NCBI GenBank assembly: GCA_017470485.1
Contig: JAFUYQ010000012.1
Coordinates: 21,535-85,534, forward strand
Direction: 5' to 3'
DNA from: Synergistaceae bacterium
GTDB taxonomy: Bacteria > Synergistota > Synergistia > Synergistales > Aminobacteriaceae
Length of the DNA: 64,000 nt
A program made the translations under genes and the position numbers. Below the pieces are notes generated by a model. The model saw only the letters and a list, made by a program, of their open reading frames with translations, was not told where the DNA came from and did not search any database. Shown here in pieces: positions 6,689 through 16,970 of this stretch; the stretch's first letter is position 1, and every line of letters begins with the position of its first letter.

Positions 6689-7945
6689 ATGAACATACTC
6701 ATAATCGGCGGAGGCGGACGTGAACATGTAATCGCTAAGCGTGTCGCCCAAAATCCCAACGTCAGCAAAATTTACGCTCTTCCCGGCAACGGCGGTATCT
6801 CTCAAATCGCTGAATGCGTCAAAATTTCAGCGGAAGACATTGACAACATAACATCATTCGCGAAGACTCATGACATTGATTTCGCTGTTGTCGCTCCCGA
6901 TGACCCTCTCGCGCTCGGAGCTGTTGACAGGCTTGAGGCTGAGGGCATTAAATGTTTCGGCCCCTCGAAGAACGCCGCTGTCATTGAGGGAAGCAAGGTT
7001 TTCGCTAAGGAACTCATGGCGAAATACAACATACCTACGGCAAAATACGAGGTCTTCACGGATATTGACAAGGCGTTGTCTTACGCCGCACTTTCGGACT
7101 GCCCAATCGTGATTAAGGCTGACGGTCTGGCTAAAGGCAAGGGCGTAACTGTCGCTGAGAATTTCCAGCAGGCTAGAGAGGCGATAATGTCCTGCATGAA
7201 GGATAAGGCGTTCGGCCATAGCGGTGAGCGAATCTTAATTGAGGAATGCTTAACGGGAAAAGAAGTTACGGTTTTGGCGTTCACTGACGGTGATACTATT
7301 ATCCCTATGGTTTCGTCAATGGATCATAAGCGCGCCTATGACGGCAACAAAGGCCCTAATACCGGCGGAATGGGCGTAATAGCTCCGAACCCTTACTACA
7401 CTCCTGAGATTGCTGAACAGTGCATGAGGACTATATTCCTTCCGACAATGAAGGCCATGAACAATGAAGGCCGAAAGTTCAAAGGCTGTCTTTATTTCGG
7501 ATTAATGCTGACGGATAAAGGCTCTAAAGTCATTGAGTATAACTGCCGTTTCGGAGACCCTGAAGCTGAAGCGGTGCTTCCCTTAATGGAAAGCGATTTG
7601 CTTGACGTTATGATGGCGGTGAGAGACGAGAGACTCTCTGATGTCCCAGTGAGGTTCAAAGAGGGAGCGTCATGCTGTGTGGTCTGCGCGTCATCAGGGT
7701 ATCCGGCCTCATACCTTACGGGTTACGAGATAGACTTCGGGAACGCTGAAGGGATTGAGGGTGTTGAGGTTTTCCACGCAGGAACTAAGAAGGAGGACGG
7801 AAAGTATTACACTTCGGGCGGAAGAGTCTTGGCGGTCAACGCTGTGAGCGGTGATTTAGAGTCCGCGCGAGAAAAGGCTTACAAGGCTGTTGACCAAGTA
7901 AACTTTGAGGGAATGCGTTACAGAACTGATATAGGAACTCTCTAA
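6689..7945 (+). CDS. purD: Phosphoribosylamine--glycine ligase
   Basis: 418 aa. MNILIIGGGGREHVIAKR..., ATP-grasp core and GGRVL near the C-terminus are typical of PurD. Confidence 0.95.
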   Translation: MNILIIGGGGREHVIAKRVAQNPNVSKIYALPGNGGISQIAECVKISAEDIDNITSFAKTHDIDFAVVAPDDPLALGAVDRLEAEGIKCFGPSKNAAVIEGSKVFAKELMAKYNIPTAKYEVFTDIDKALSYAALSDCPIVIKADGLAKGKGVTVAENFQQAREAIMSCMKDKAFGHSGERILIEECLTGKEVTVLAFTDGDTIIPMVSSMDHKRAYDGNKGPNTGGMGVIAPNPYYTPEIAEQCMRTIFLPTMKAMNNEGRKFKGCLYFGLMLTDKGSKVIEYNCRFGDPEAEAVLPLMESDLLDVMMAVRDERLSDVPVRFKEGASCCVVCASSGYPASYLTGYEIDFGNAEGIEGVEVFHAGTKKEDGKYYTSGGRVLAVNAVSGDLESAREKAYKAVDQVNFEGMRYRTDIGTL

Positions 7946-8031
7946 AAAATTCATGAGGACGGGTGATTTTTTCCCTGTCTTTCCCGTATAATACCTCCAT
8001 CACGGAATTTCCGCATGGAGGTTTATTAAAC

Positions 8032-11000
8032 TTGGTACACAGAATTTATACCGAACGTAAAGATCCGCTTAATCCCGAAACATTATCCCTTTCAGCCGAA
8101 CTTCAAAACCTGACCGGCTCAACGTTCAACAGAATACGAATCCTTAACCGCTATGACGTTCAAGGGCTTGACGATTCTCAGGCAGCCGTCTGTACCGACT
8201 CAATCTTCGCTGAACCCTTCACCGATAACGTTCTCACATCGCTTCCCGATGACGCTGATGAAGTTCTTGCTGTCGAGTACCTTCCCGGACAGTACGACCA
8301 GAGAGCCGACTCGGCTGAACAGTGCGCAGGACTCCTCTTGGGGTTCAGGCCGGTAGTAAGGACAGCGAGAGTCTATCTGTTCTACGGAGACGTTAAGAAT
8401 TTCGAGGCGGTAAAGAAACATCTCATTAATCCAGTTGAGGCAAGAGAAGCTCAGTTAAGCGAATATGAATCTCTCAGCTTGAATTACGCCGCTCCCGATG
8501 ACGTTAAGACAGTTGATGACGTTATGAGCCTTAAAGGGCTGGCGATGAGCAGGGAAGATTTAATCTGTATCAGGAATTATTTTGACGCTGAAAAACGAAA
8601 GCCAACTCAGACAGAAATTAAAGTCCTTGATACATACTGGTCGGATCATTGCAGGCACACAACGTTCACGACTCATATTGACAGCGCGGAGATTAACGAT
8701 GACGCTGTGAAAGACGCTTTTTCGCTTTACATGGCCGTTCGTAAGGAACTCGGCTATTCCGACGATAAGCCCGTTACGCTCATGGACATCGCTACGATAG
8801 GAGCTAAGTACCTCCGCTCAAAAGGCAAACTCCCTGACCTCGCCGGAACTGAGGAAAATAACGCCTGCACCGTCAGAATTAACGTCAACGGCGAGTCATG
8901 GCTTCTTCTCTTCAAGAACGAGACGCATAACCACCCTACCGAGATTGAGCCTTTCGGAGGGGCGGCGACCTGTATCGGCGGTGCGATAAGAGATCCTTTA
9001 TCGGGGCGTGCATACGTCTATCAGGCAATGAGGCTCACCGGCGCGGCTGACCCCTTCGGGAAAACGTTATCAGGAAAACTCCCTCAGCGTTCAATCATCA
9101 CTAAGGCGGCTCAGGGTTACAGTTCTTACGGAAACCAGATAGGACTCCCAACAGGAAGCGTCAGGGAAATTTATCACGAGGGCTACAGGGCTAAACGTCT
9201 CGAAATCGGCGCAGTAATTGCGGCTGTGAAGGAGTCGGACGTTATTCATGAGAAGCCCGAAGCCGGAGACATTGTGCTTTTACTCGGAGGCAGAACGGGA
9301 AGGGACGGTATCGGCGGTGCGACCGGTTCATCAGTTTCGCACACGGCTAGTTCTATTGAGACCTGCGGAGCCGAAGTACAGAAGGGAAACGCTCCCGAAG
9401 AACGTAAACTTCAGAGGCTTTTCCGTAATCCTGAGTTCACGCGCCTTATTAAACGCTGTAACGATTTCGGGGCTGGAGGGGTAAGCGTTGCGGTCGGCGA
9501 ATTGGCTGACGGCCTCGACATAAACCTTGACGCTGTTCCGCTGAAGTATGCCGGTCTTGACGGCACTGAAATAGCGGTGAGCGAGTCTCAGGAGCGTATG
9601 GCAGTCGTGGTTTCGCCGGAGAATGAGGAACGTGTCAAAATGCTTGCGCTTAATGAGGACGTTGAGGCGACATTGATTGCGAGGGTTAATGATTCAGGCC
9701 GTATGACAATGACATGGCGAGGCAAAGAAATCGTCAACATCTCGCGCTCATTCATCGACACCAACGGAGCGTCAAGGCACATAAAAGTTAAAGTTAATCC
9801 TAAATCGCCCTGCCTTAGAAATCATGCTGACTTCCCGGAGAATCTCGCTGACCTTAACGAGTGTTCACAGCGCGGACTGTCGGAGAGGTTCGACTCAACA
9901 GTCGGGGGCAATACCGTATTAATGCCCTTCGGAGGAAAGCACCAGAAGACTCCGTCAGCGGCCATGTGCGCCAAGATACCTTCGCTTGACGGGACTGATA
10001 CATGTTCGCTGATGTCATGGGGATTTGATCCTTACATTTCCGAAAGTTCTCCGTTTGACGGGGCATATACTGCAGTGCTTGATGCCCTCTGCAAAATCAT
10101 AGCGTCAGGCGGTAATCTTTCTCATTGCTGGCTGACCCTTCAGGAATATTTCGGGAAGCCTGAGAATGACCCCGAAAGATGGGGACTTCCTTTCAGCGCG
10201 CTGCTTGGGGCGTTGAAAGCACAGATTGATTACGGAGTTTCAGCGATAGGCGGAAAGGACTCAATGAGCGGTTCGTTCGAGTGTTCGGACGGCGAGAGGC
10301 TTGATGTTCCTCCGACATTGGCGGCTTTCGCTGTGTCAGTCGCTGATGTTAAGAGCGTAATCTCGCCTGAGTTCAAGTGTTCGGGGTCAAGGGTAATCGT
10401 TCTTGAACCTGACTACGATTCGAGGGGGCTGCCTGTTCCTGCGTCAATGCTGAAGATTTTTGCTGACATTGAGAAATTGAACGGCGAGGGGAAAATTCTT
10501 TCGTGTTCCGTCGTAACGTCAGGAGGAATTGAGGCTGAAATTTTCCGAATGTGCTTGGGCAATAATTTTGGCTTTGAGTTCGCCGGAAGCGTTGAGGATT
10601 TTTGCAGAGGTACCTTCATCATTGAGCTTTCCGAACCTGAGGAGGGCTGTAAAGTTCTGGGGCGAGTGATTTCCGACCCTGAGATAATAATTTCCGGCAG
10701 ACACATAAAACTCAGCGAGGCCGAAAAAATTTATGACTCTCCGCTCTCCGAAGTCTTCCCTACAGAAGCGGACGAGAAGTCCGAGCTTCCAAACGTCAAA
10801 ATTAGTCCAGAGACTCCGAAAGCGTTTTATTCGCCGATTTCCGTGTCAGTGCCGAAATTTTTGATTCCAGTTTTCACGGGGACAAACTGCGAGTATGAGA
10901 CTGCAAGAGCCGTGAACAATGCCGGAGGAAAGGCTGAAATTTTCGTTGTGCGCTCATTAACTCCCGACCTCATGAAGGAATCCGCCGAGCGTTTCGCGAA

Positions 11001-11658
11001 TGCCTTGAGAGATTCGCAGGCGTTGATTATTCCGGGCGGTTTCTCGAACGGCGATGAGCCTGACGGTTCAGGGAAGTTCATAGCGATATTCCTGAGAAGT
11101 CCGATTGTTCGTTCAGCCCTTGAGGACTTGATAGATTCGAGGGGCGGATTAGTCTGCGGAATCTGCAACGGCTTTCAGGCTCTCGTCAAAACAGGATTGA
11201 TACCTCACGGGAAAATCATGAACCCTGACGAGCTTTCGGCAACATTGACGTTCAACAGGATAGGCCGCCACCAGTCGAGGATAATACGCTCCCGTGTCGT
11301 CTCGAATAAATCAGCGTGGCTCAAATTCATGAACGAGGGCGAGATTTACTCGATTCCGATTTCGCACGGCGAGGGAAGATTCGTATGCAGCGAGGCCGAA
11401 TTTACCCGTCTGATGTCGAACGGCCAGATTGCCGGACAGTACGCCGACTATGACGGAAACCCCTCAATGCTGACGCAATATAATCCTTCGGGTTCGTGTT
11501 ATGCTGTAGAATGTGTTACGTCTCCTGACGGGCGCATACTCGGAAGAATGGGGCATGTCGAACGCACAGGAGATAATCTTTACAGGAACGTCCCGGGCGA
11601 CTTCACCGCCGGAAGAAAACTTTTCGGGGCAGCCTGTTATTATTTTAAGAAACAGTAA
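8032..11658 (+). CDS. purL: Phosphoribosylformylglycinamidine synthase, single-chain large form
   Basis: About 1200 aa with PurS-like, FGAM synthetase (YWSDHCRHTTF, ETHNHPTEIEPFGGAATCIGG) and C-terminal glutaminase (GICNGFQAL) parts. The long ORF opens at 7963. An in-frame TTG at 8032, 10 nt after GGAGG, gives the usual (M)VHRIYTERK N-terminus. Confidence 0.95.
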   Translation: MVHRIYTERKDPLNPETLSLSAELQNLTGSTFNRIRILNRYDVQGLDDSQAAVCTDSIFAEPFTDNVLTSLPDDADEVLAVEYLPGQYDQRADSAEQCAGLLLGFRPVVRTARVYLFYGDVKNFEAVKKHLINPVEAREAQLSEYESLSLNYAAPDDVKTVDDVMSLKGLAMSREDLICIRNYFDAEKRKPTQTEIKVLDTYWSDHCRHTTFTTHIDSAEINDDAVKDAFSLYMAVRKELGYSDDKPVTLMDIATIGAKYLRSKGKLPDLAGTEENNACTVRINVNGESWLLLFKNETHNHPTEIEPFGGAATCIGGAIRDPLSGRAYVYQAMRLTGAADPFGKTLSGKLPQRSIITKAAQGYSSYGNQIGLPTGSVREIYHEGYRAKRLEIGAVIAAVKESDVIHEKPEAGDIVLLLGGRTGRDGIGGATGSSVSHTASSIETCGAEVQKGNAPEERKLQRLFRNPEFTRLIKRCNDFGAGGVSVAVGELADGLDINLDAVPLKYAGLDGTEIAVSESQERMAVVVSPENEERVKMLALNEDVEATLIARVNDSGRMTMTWRGKEIVNISRSFIDTNGASRHIKVKVNPKSPCLRNHADFPENLADLNECSQRGLSERFDSTVGGNTVLMPFGGKHQKTPSAAMCAKIPSLDGTDTCSLMSWGFDPYISESSPFDGAYTAVLDALCKIIASGGNLSHCWLTLQEYFGKPENDPERWGLPFSALLGALKAQIDYGVSAIGGKDSMSGSFECSDGERLDVPPTLAAFAVSVADVKSVISPEFKCSGSRVIVLEPDYDSRGLPVPASMLKIFADIEKLNGEGKILSCSVVTSGGIEAEIFRMCLGNNFGFEFAGSVEDFCRGTFIIELSEPEEGCKVLGRVISDPEIIISGRHIKLSEAEKIYDSPLSEVFPTEADEKSELPNVKISPETPKAFYSPISVSVPKFLIPVFTGTNCEYETARAVNNAGGKAEIFVVRSLTPDLMKESAERFANALRDSQALIIPGGFSNGDEPDGSGKFIAIFLRSPIVRSALEDLIDSRGGLVCGICNGFQALVKTGLIPHGKIMNPDELSATLTFNRIGRHQSRIIRSRVVSNKSAWLKFMNEGEIYSIPISHGEGRFVCSEAEFTRLMSNGQIAGQYADYDGNPSMLTQYNPSGSCYAVECVTSPDGRILGRMGHVERTGDNLYRNVPGDFTAGRKLFGAACYYFKKQ

Positions 11659-11673
11659 AGGAGCTGTTATTTT

Positions 11674-14600
11674 TTGAAGCGAAATAATATTGAACAGTAT
11701 CTCGGAAAAATTGTCGAGATTATGTTAATGCCTGACGGACACAAAATGTCAGGCCATCTTCTCAGATGTGAAGAAGATCTTATGGTTCTCAAGGACGAAT
11801 CGGGCGAGTCAATGTTCGCTTACCCTATGATATGGGGTATAAGACCGCTGGGAAATCCTCAGCCTTCCCAGCCTTCTTCTTCCCCTTCTCCTGCGCCTGC
11901 GCCGTCTGCATCGCCTTCGCCCGTTGCCTCATCTTCAAACGCTGAGACTGTAAAAGAGCCTGAACCTGAGAAAATCCCGGAGCCTCAGCCCGTCAAAACT
12001 GAATCTGAAGCTGAATCCAAGCCTGAGCCGAAGCCTCTGCCCGTGTCCAGAGCCGAGACTGTAAAAGAGCCTGAGCCTGAGAAAGATTCAGAGCCTTTAG
12101 AGGCGGTATTTCTTGATGAGCTTGACGAATGCTATGACGACCTTGAGACTAAAGCAGACACTTACATTCTAAATTCTGATTACGTCCGAAAGTTCAGGAC
12201 TGACAGGCACGACAGAATACAGAACACTATGGAAAGCATACTGACTAAGTATTCGTACGCCGTGAGCGTTCACGAGGACAGGCCGTATTCAATGAGAATG
12301 AGGCAGATCGCTGACGAGGCTAAAAATTTGTGGCGCGCTAACCAGTCGAATGTCTCAGCATCGGAAATTTACGGCTTTGTTCTTTACCTTATGGGCGAGA
12401 ACGCGAGGAGTGTTAAAGTCTACATGGGCATACATGATTTCAGGGCGGCATTCACTGCTGCAACCGCTGCACCTTCGAGAATGCTTGCAGCCGCGTGCCT
12501 CATAGTAAGCGAGCCTTTAACATCACGAAATTTCGCGGCTCTTCTAAAACTTGAACCGCCCCAGATTAACGCTCTGCTCCGCTGGATAATGAATAATGCC
12601 GTTCTTAATGAAGGTTATCCCGAAGAACACAGGTCATTATGTTTCAAAAATGTCTGCGCTCTCTCATGGAAATTATTAGGCTTCAATTCATCTTCATGGC
12701 CCGAAAAAAAACTCTTATTCTCTCAGGCTAATATTGATGCTCTAAACGAATGGCTTTCCTCCCAGCCGTCTGACATGAAAATTATTGAGGACGCTCAGAA
12801 ACTTTCAGATAAGGCCAACTCCGCCGCCCGTGATGAAACTGAAAGGTACAGGCGTATTGACTGGAAGAACCAGAGATTTGAAGGTGAATTTGACTTCTTC
12901 AACCCCAACAGGGATAAACTTTACGGCTTCATTAAAAGTCCAATTCTGAAACGCTTTAATGTCCCTCTGCGTTCAGAAGGTTCGGTATTCGTCCATTTGA
13001 ATCAGGTTGAGGACAGGGCATTGCGCCGGAAATTGCTGACCTGCGGAAAAATGAAGCCGATGTTCCGCGTAACCTTCAGGCTCGGAAACAACGTTGAAGG
13101 CCCCGCAGCCTATGACGTGAAAGAAAAGGTTGATGAATCTCAAGTATCGCTTTCAGTAGACATGATGTCGGCATTATCAGAGGAGGGCGAAATTGATTTT
13201 TACTCGCGCTATAACGATCCGCCTTTCGGGAAAGTAAGAGCTAAAGGCGACAAAAGCACTTACACATTCAACGAGAAGAATATTACTGACCCTGTTCTTG
13301 CTGTATTCCTTGAGGTTGACCCCTCGCCTGAAGGACACCCCGTAAGATTCACAAAGAGCATGAGCAGCAGCGGAAAGATTCAGATTCAGAATGTCGGTTC
13401 GGCGATTCCTTTTCCTGAAGAGAGATTAAAGGCTTGGGAGGACTCAGGATTAATCAGGAAGGCTAAAGAGAGACTGAATATCCCTGATGAGGAAGAAGCA
13501 GCAGAGGATTCCCCCAAAAATGAAAAAGAGCCCGAAGAATATACTGCCGAGATTAACGATGAAGTAGAGGAGTTAATTTCACGCGGCTATATGCCTCTTG
13601 AGCCTTATACTCCTGAGACTAAGGGTCTTAAACCTAACGGAAAGCAGCAGGAGGATACATCTCCCAGAAAGCCCTCAGTGCCTGAAACTTTCAGCGAGCT
13701 TCCCAAGTTTTTGCAGGACAGAATCATGAAGACTTCAACCGCCGGAAGATACAGCACTCAATACTTGACTGACACATATTACGCGAAGGGTCATTTCCGC
13801 GAGGTGAGGGCTAATTATCTCTCGATGGTGGGGCGTTTCAACAGCGATAATATTTCCCTGACCAATGCCGAAAAGGCCGAACGCTGTTTCATAATGGCGC
13901 GTTACGTATACAATTTCTTTCTTCTTGCGGACAGTTCCGAAAAGAAACAGTACCCCTCATCTGAGGAGGACAACATAAGGATTATGGCCTACAAGGGATT
14001 AGAGTATCTTCTCTATTCCCAGCTTGACGGCGCAAAGAAGCATGAAGCGAATTACGACACCGCCCGAAGGTACTGCCTCTTGAAACTCGCCGATGAGATT
14101 CAGGAGACGAGACGGATTGACGAGAATAACGAGTGGCTGAGGATATACATATATTCATACTTTGTGAACGGCCTGAGATTTCACAGCTCGTCAGGGAAGT
14201 GGTCGGCTCAGAACGTCTCGCTTTCGGGGTGCAGTCTTCTTGAGTTCAACGACTTCGGGAAATTCTTTGACGGTCTCATAACTTTGGCATACCTTACGGG
14301 CGAGCAGTTAATTTTCCCGACACTGAAAGCACTTCTTCACAGCCTTGAATATTCGGGGAGCCTCTTGTCGAAACTTGGACTTGACGCGAATGTTTTCTCT
14401 CAGGAAAACGCTGACGCAAAAATCCGCGAGGCATTCAAGAGGGTGTTTGAGGGTTACGGCGACCGCAGGGACGCATTGATTCAGGACGCTGAAGTGAGAT
14501 TATCGCCCGAACTTCTGAGGATACTGAGCGTTCAGAAAATGATAGTCCGCCTGATGAAGACTGAATTAACGAGGATTCTCAAGGCCACGCCTGAAACTCT

Positions 14601-14943
14601 TGACGAGGCGTTGAAGAAGGCTAATCCCATTCTTGCCTCAGACGAATATTCCAACTCTCTGGCCAAGACAAAGAGGAAATATAATCCTGACGCAGGACTT
14701 CTTGACGTTCTCCCGATAAACGTTCTTGGGGCGGTAATGAGGCAGTACTGGGGCGAATGCTTCGGGGCGTATTTCGGCGGAAAACCTTACGGGGCTTACT
14801 GGAAGGAGAGGTTCGCAAAACTTCAGTGGGTAAGAGATCCTGTGTTTCACGCGCACCCTGAGTATATCAAGAATGAGGATATTGATGAAGTCAAGGCAGT
14901 ATGCACCGAGATAACAGAATGCCTTAGCATCAAGAAAAAATAG
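11674..14943 (+). CDS. Large multidomain protein: Sm-like barrel, Pro-rich linker, helical region, two cold-shock-like OB folds, C-terminal HEPN-like (Rx4H) domain
   Basis: TTG start 9 nt after AAGGAG, 15 nt after the purL stop. N-terminus LGKIVEIMLMPDGHKMSGHLLRCEEDLMVLKD...IWGIRPL is Sm/DUF2642-like. Low-complexity PSQPSSSPSPAPAP with repeated AETVKEPEPEK. GEFDFFNPNRDKLYGFIKSP...SVFVHLNQVED and GEIDFYSRYNDPPFGKVRAKG are CSD-like. The C-terminus LGAVMRQYWGECF...LQWVRDPVFHAHPEYI resembles Swt1-type HEPN (R at 14833-14835, H at 14848-14850). Confidence 0.65.
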   Translation: MKRNNIEQYLGKIVEIMLMPDGHKMSGHLLRCEEDLMVLKDESGESMFAYPMIWGIRPLGNPQPSQPSSSPSPAPAPSASPSPVASSSNAETVKEPEPEKIPEPQPVKTESEAESKPEPKPLPVSRAETVKEPEPEKDSEPLEAVFLDELDECYDDLETKADTYILNSDYVRKFRTDRHDRIQNTMESILTKYSYAVSVHEDRPYSMRMRQIADEAKNLWRANQSNVSASEIYGFVLYLMGENARSVKVYMGIHDFRAAFTAATAAPSRMLAAACLIVSEPLTSRNFAALLKLEPPQINALLRWIMNNAVLNEGYPEEHRSLCFKNVCALSWKLLGFNSSSWPEKKLLFSQANIDALNEWLSSQPSDMKIIEDAQKLSDKANSAARDETERYRRIDWKNQRFEGEFDFFNPNRDKLYGFIKSPILKRFNVPLRSEGSVFVHLNQVEDRALRRKLLTCGKMKPMFRVTFRLGNNVEGPAAYDVKEKVDESQVSLSVDMMSALSEEGEIDFYSRYNDPPFGKVRAKGDKSTYTFNEKNITDPVLAVFLEVDPSPEGHPVRFTKSMSSSGKIQIQNVGSAIPFPEERLKAWEDSGLIRKAKERLNIPDEEEAAEDSPKNEKEPEEYTAEINDEVEELISRGYMPLEPYTPETKGLKPNGKQQEDTSPRKPSVPETFSELPKFLQDRIMKTSTAGRYSTQYLTDTYYAKGHFREVRANYLSMVGRFNSDNISLTNAEKAERCFIMARYVYNFFLLADSSEKKQYPSSEEDNIRIMAYKGLEYLLYSQLDGAKKHEANYDTARRYCLLKLADEIQETRRIDENNEWLRIYIYSYFVNGLRFHSSSGKWSAQNVSLSGCSLLEFNDFGKFFDGLITLAYLTGEQLIFPTLKALLHSLEYSGSLLSKLGLDANVFSQENADAKIREAFKRVFEGYGDRRDALIQDAEVRLSPELLRILSVQKMIVRLMKTELTRILKATPETLDEALKKANPILASDEYSNSLAKTKRKYNPDAGLLDVLPINVLGAVMRQYWGECFGAYFGGKPYGAYWKERFAKLQWVRDPVFHAHPEYIKNEDIDEVKAVCTEITECLSIKKK

Positions 14944-14957
14944 AATAAACCGAAAAG

Positions 14958-14998
14958 AATCCCGGTCATTCCATTTTCAGGAGGCCGGGAATTTTTTT
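14958..14998. terminator. Hairpin plus T-run between convergent genes
   Basis: tcccgg...ccggga stem followed by attttttt. It lies between the 1089-aa gene (+) and the permease gene (-). Confidence 0.4.
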
Positions 14999-15908
14999 AT
15001 ACAACTAAGTCAACAATCAGTCCGTTCACTAGCGAATAGAGCATAATGAACGCAAGATAGCCGATGAACTTCCAGCCTCCCAAAACGATTTTGAGCGCAC
15101 CGAGATTCGTTATCTTAGTGGCAGGGCCGGTAATCATGAATGCGCTCGCACTGGCCATGCTCATACCGTCAGCGAGCCACATTTGAAGCAATGGAATCGT
15201 TCCGCCTCCGCAAGCGTACAAAGGTACTCCGACAGTTGCGGCCATGAGAACGCCGAAACCGTTTTTACGCCCGAAAAGCCTCGCAAACGATTCAGCCGGT
15301 ACATACCTCATGAAAAGCGCGGTCAGAAATATTCCGGCAAGAAACCAGCCACCTGTAGCCCTGACGTTTCGCCCGAAATTCTTTATGTACCTCAGAAAAA
15401 TATTGGGGTCAGTGTCGCGGTTAGATGTCCCGTAAAATTCTCCGAAACTGAAAAATCTCCTGCCGCCCGTAATCTTCCCGTATAAATTCACGGCAAGCCC
15501 TGCGAAAATTCCGCAGAAAAAACACGAAAGCCCCCTCACCGTCAGAGCAGTTGTTCCGAGTGCTGTACTGTAGACGATTAACTGGGGGTTGAGGAGAATT
15601 GAGGCGGTCATGAACGAGGCAAGCCAGTCCTCTCTCATACCCTTTCCGCTGAACGAGGCAGCTATAGGGATTGTCCCGTACATGCACAGCGGAGACGCTA
15701 TCCCCAATAAACATGCCGGAACAATCCCGAATATACTCAGCCTTTTACCGCTCATAGAGGCGAAGAGGCCGTGTATTTTTTCTTTCCCGAAGACAGAAAC
15801 GAATGAGCCTATCGCCATTCCCAAGAGCCAGTAAAAATAAATCTGCTCAAGCTGGAGCGTGAAGTAATACCAGAGATAAATGAACTCTCTGCGGAAAATG
15901 TTAATCAA
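14997..15908 (-). CDS. Predicted permease (COG0701/ArsP-like family)
   Basis: 303 aa, polytopic. VGVPLYACGGGTIPLLQMWLADGMSMASASAFMITGPATKITNLGALK matches the conserved C-terminal half of this permease family. Confidence 0.7.
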   Translation of the reverse strand: MINIFRREFIYLWYYFTLQLEQIYFYWLLGMAIGSFVSVFGKEKIHGLFASMSGKRLSIFGIVPACLLGIASPLCMYGTIPIAASFSGKGMREDWLASFMTASILLNPQLIVYSTALGTTALTVRGLSCFFCGIFAGLAVNLYGKITGGRRFFSFGEFYGTSNRDTDPNIFLRYIKNFGRNVRATGGWFLAGIFLTALFMRYVPAESFARLFGRKNGFGVLMAATVGVPLYACGGGTIPLLQMWLADGMSMASASAFMITGPATKITNLGALKIVLGGWKFIGYLAFIMLYSLVNGLIVDLVV

Positions 15909-16836
15909 TGTTCACAAGGTCGTATGCTCTTGAGCCGAGTCCGATTGCCTCAGCGTGTTCAACTGTGTGAATGCCGTGTCTCGACTCCATTCGCTTGATT
16001 AAGGACTGGCCGTCAGGAGCTTTGTAGACTAAATCGACACATGCCTGATCCAGTGCTACAGGGTCGAGCGAACCGAGTATGCCTATGTCGTGCATGTCGG
16101 GGGCTGAAGGGTTGCCATCGCAGTCGCAGTCAACCGAGAGATGATTCATGACGCTGATGTACATGATTCGTTTTCCGTTTCCGAGACTGTCTGATACGGC
16201 TTTGGCGGCTTCGGCCATTGACTCGAGGAAATCGTCCTGCTTGTCGTACCAGATACTTCCTGAATCTCTAGTGCCTGCGGTGTGAATGATTGCTTTGCCG
16301 CGAGATGAAGCGATACCGATTGAGATGTTCTTGAGCGCGCCGCCGAAACCTCCCATCGCGTGGCCTTTGAAGTGAGTGAGAACAAGGACGAAATCGTAAT
16401 CCTTGAAGTGCGAGCCGACAACGTCTTCTTTGAGGTGCTTTCCGCCGGTTACAGGGAGTGAAATCTCGCCTTCCTCGTCCATGATGTCAACTTTTGCGAT
16501 TTTCGTGAAGCCGTGATCTTCGGCTACCTGCCTGTGCATTGCGGTGCTTGAGCGTGAACCGCCGTAAGCGGTGTTGCACTCGACGATTGTACCGTTGACC
16601 TTCTTAACGAGTTCGCCGATTAACGCCGGTGAGAGGTAATGAGTGTTGCCGGCCTCGCCTGTGCTGAGTTTTACGGCGACTTTGCCGGTTGCCTGACGGC
16701 CTAATGCGTTGTAGACGGCCATTATTCCGGCAGGGGAGATGTCTTTCGTGAAGAAGACCTTTGACGCTGCGAACGAAGTACCTGCAACTGAGAGAACGAA
16801 TAATAATGCTGCGAATAATAATGTGATTCGTTTCAT
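15901..16836 (-). CDS. DUF362 (COG2768-like) domain protein with signal peptide
   Basis: Signal-like N-terminus MKRITLLFAALLFVLSVAGTSFA. LTHFKGHAMGGFGGALKNISIGIASSRGK matches the DUF362 core motif (HFKGH..tGfGGalKN.gmG). 8-nt overlap with the downstream permease. Confidence 0.75.
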   Translation of the reverse strand: MKRITLLFAALLFVLSVAGTSFAASKVFFTKDISPAGIMAVYNALGRQATGKVAVKLSTGEAGNTHYLSPALIGELVKKVNGTIVECNTAYGGSRSSTAMHRQVAEDHGFTKIAKVDIMDEEGEISLPVTGGKHLKEDVVGSHFKDYDFVLVLTHFKGHAMGGFGGALKNISIGIASSRGKAIIHTAGTRDSGSIWYDKQDDFLESMAEAAKAVSDSLGNGKRIMYISVMNHLSVDCDCDGNPSAPDMHDIGILGSLDPVALDQACVDLVYKAPDGQSLIKRMESRHGIHTVEHAEAIGLGSRAYDLVNID

Positions 16837-16970
16837 GGGGGTAATGCCTCCTGTAAAATTGATGAGAAAAAAATAAATGTTAAAGTCGGGTTTACGTCAA
16901 GTGATTAATTGCCGGTTTAGTCATTCCGCAAAACAGAGTGTACAATAACCGCAGGGAGGACGTTATATTT

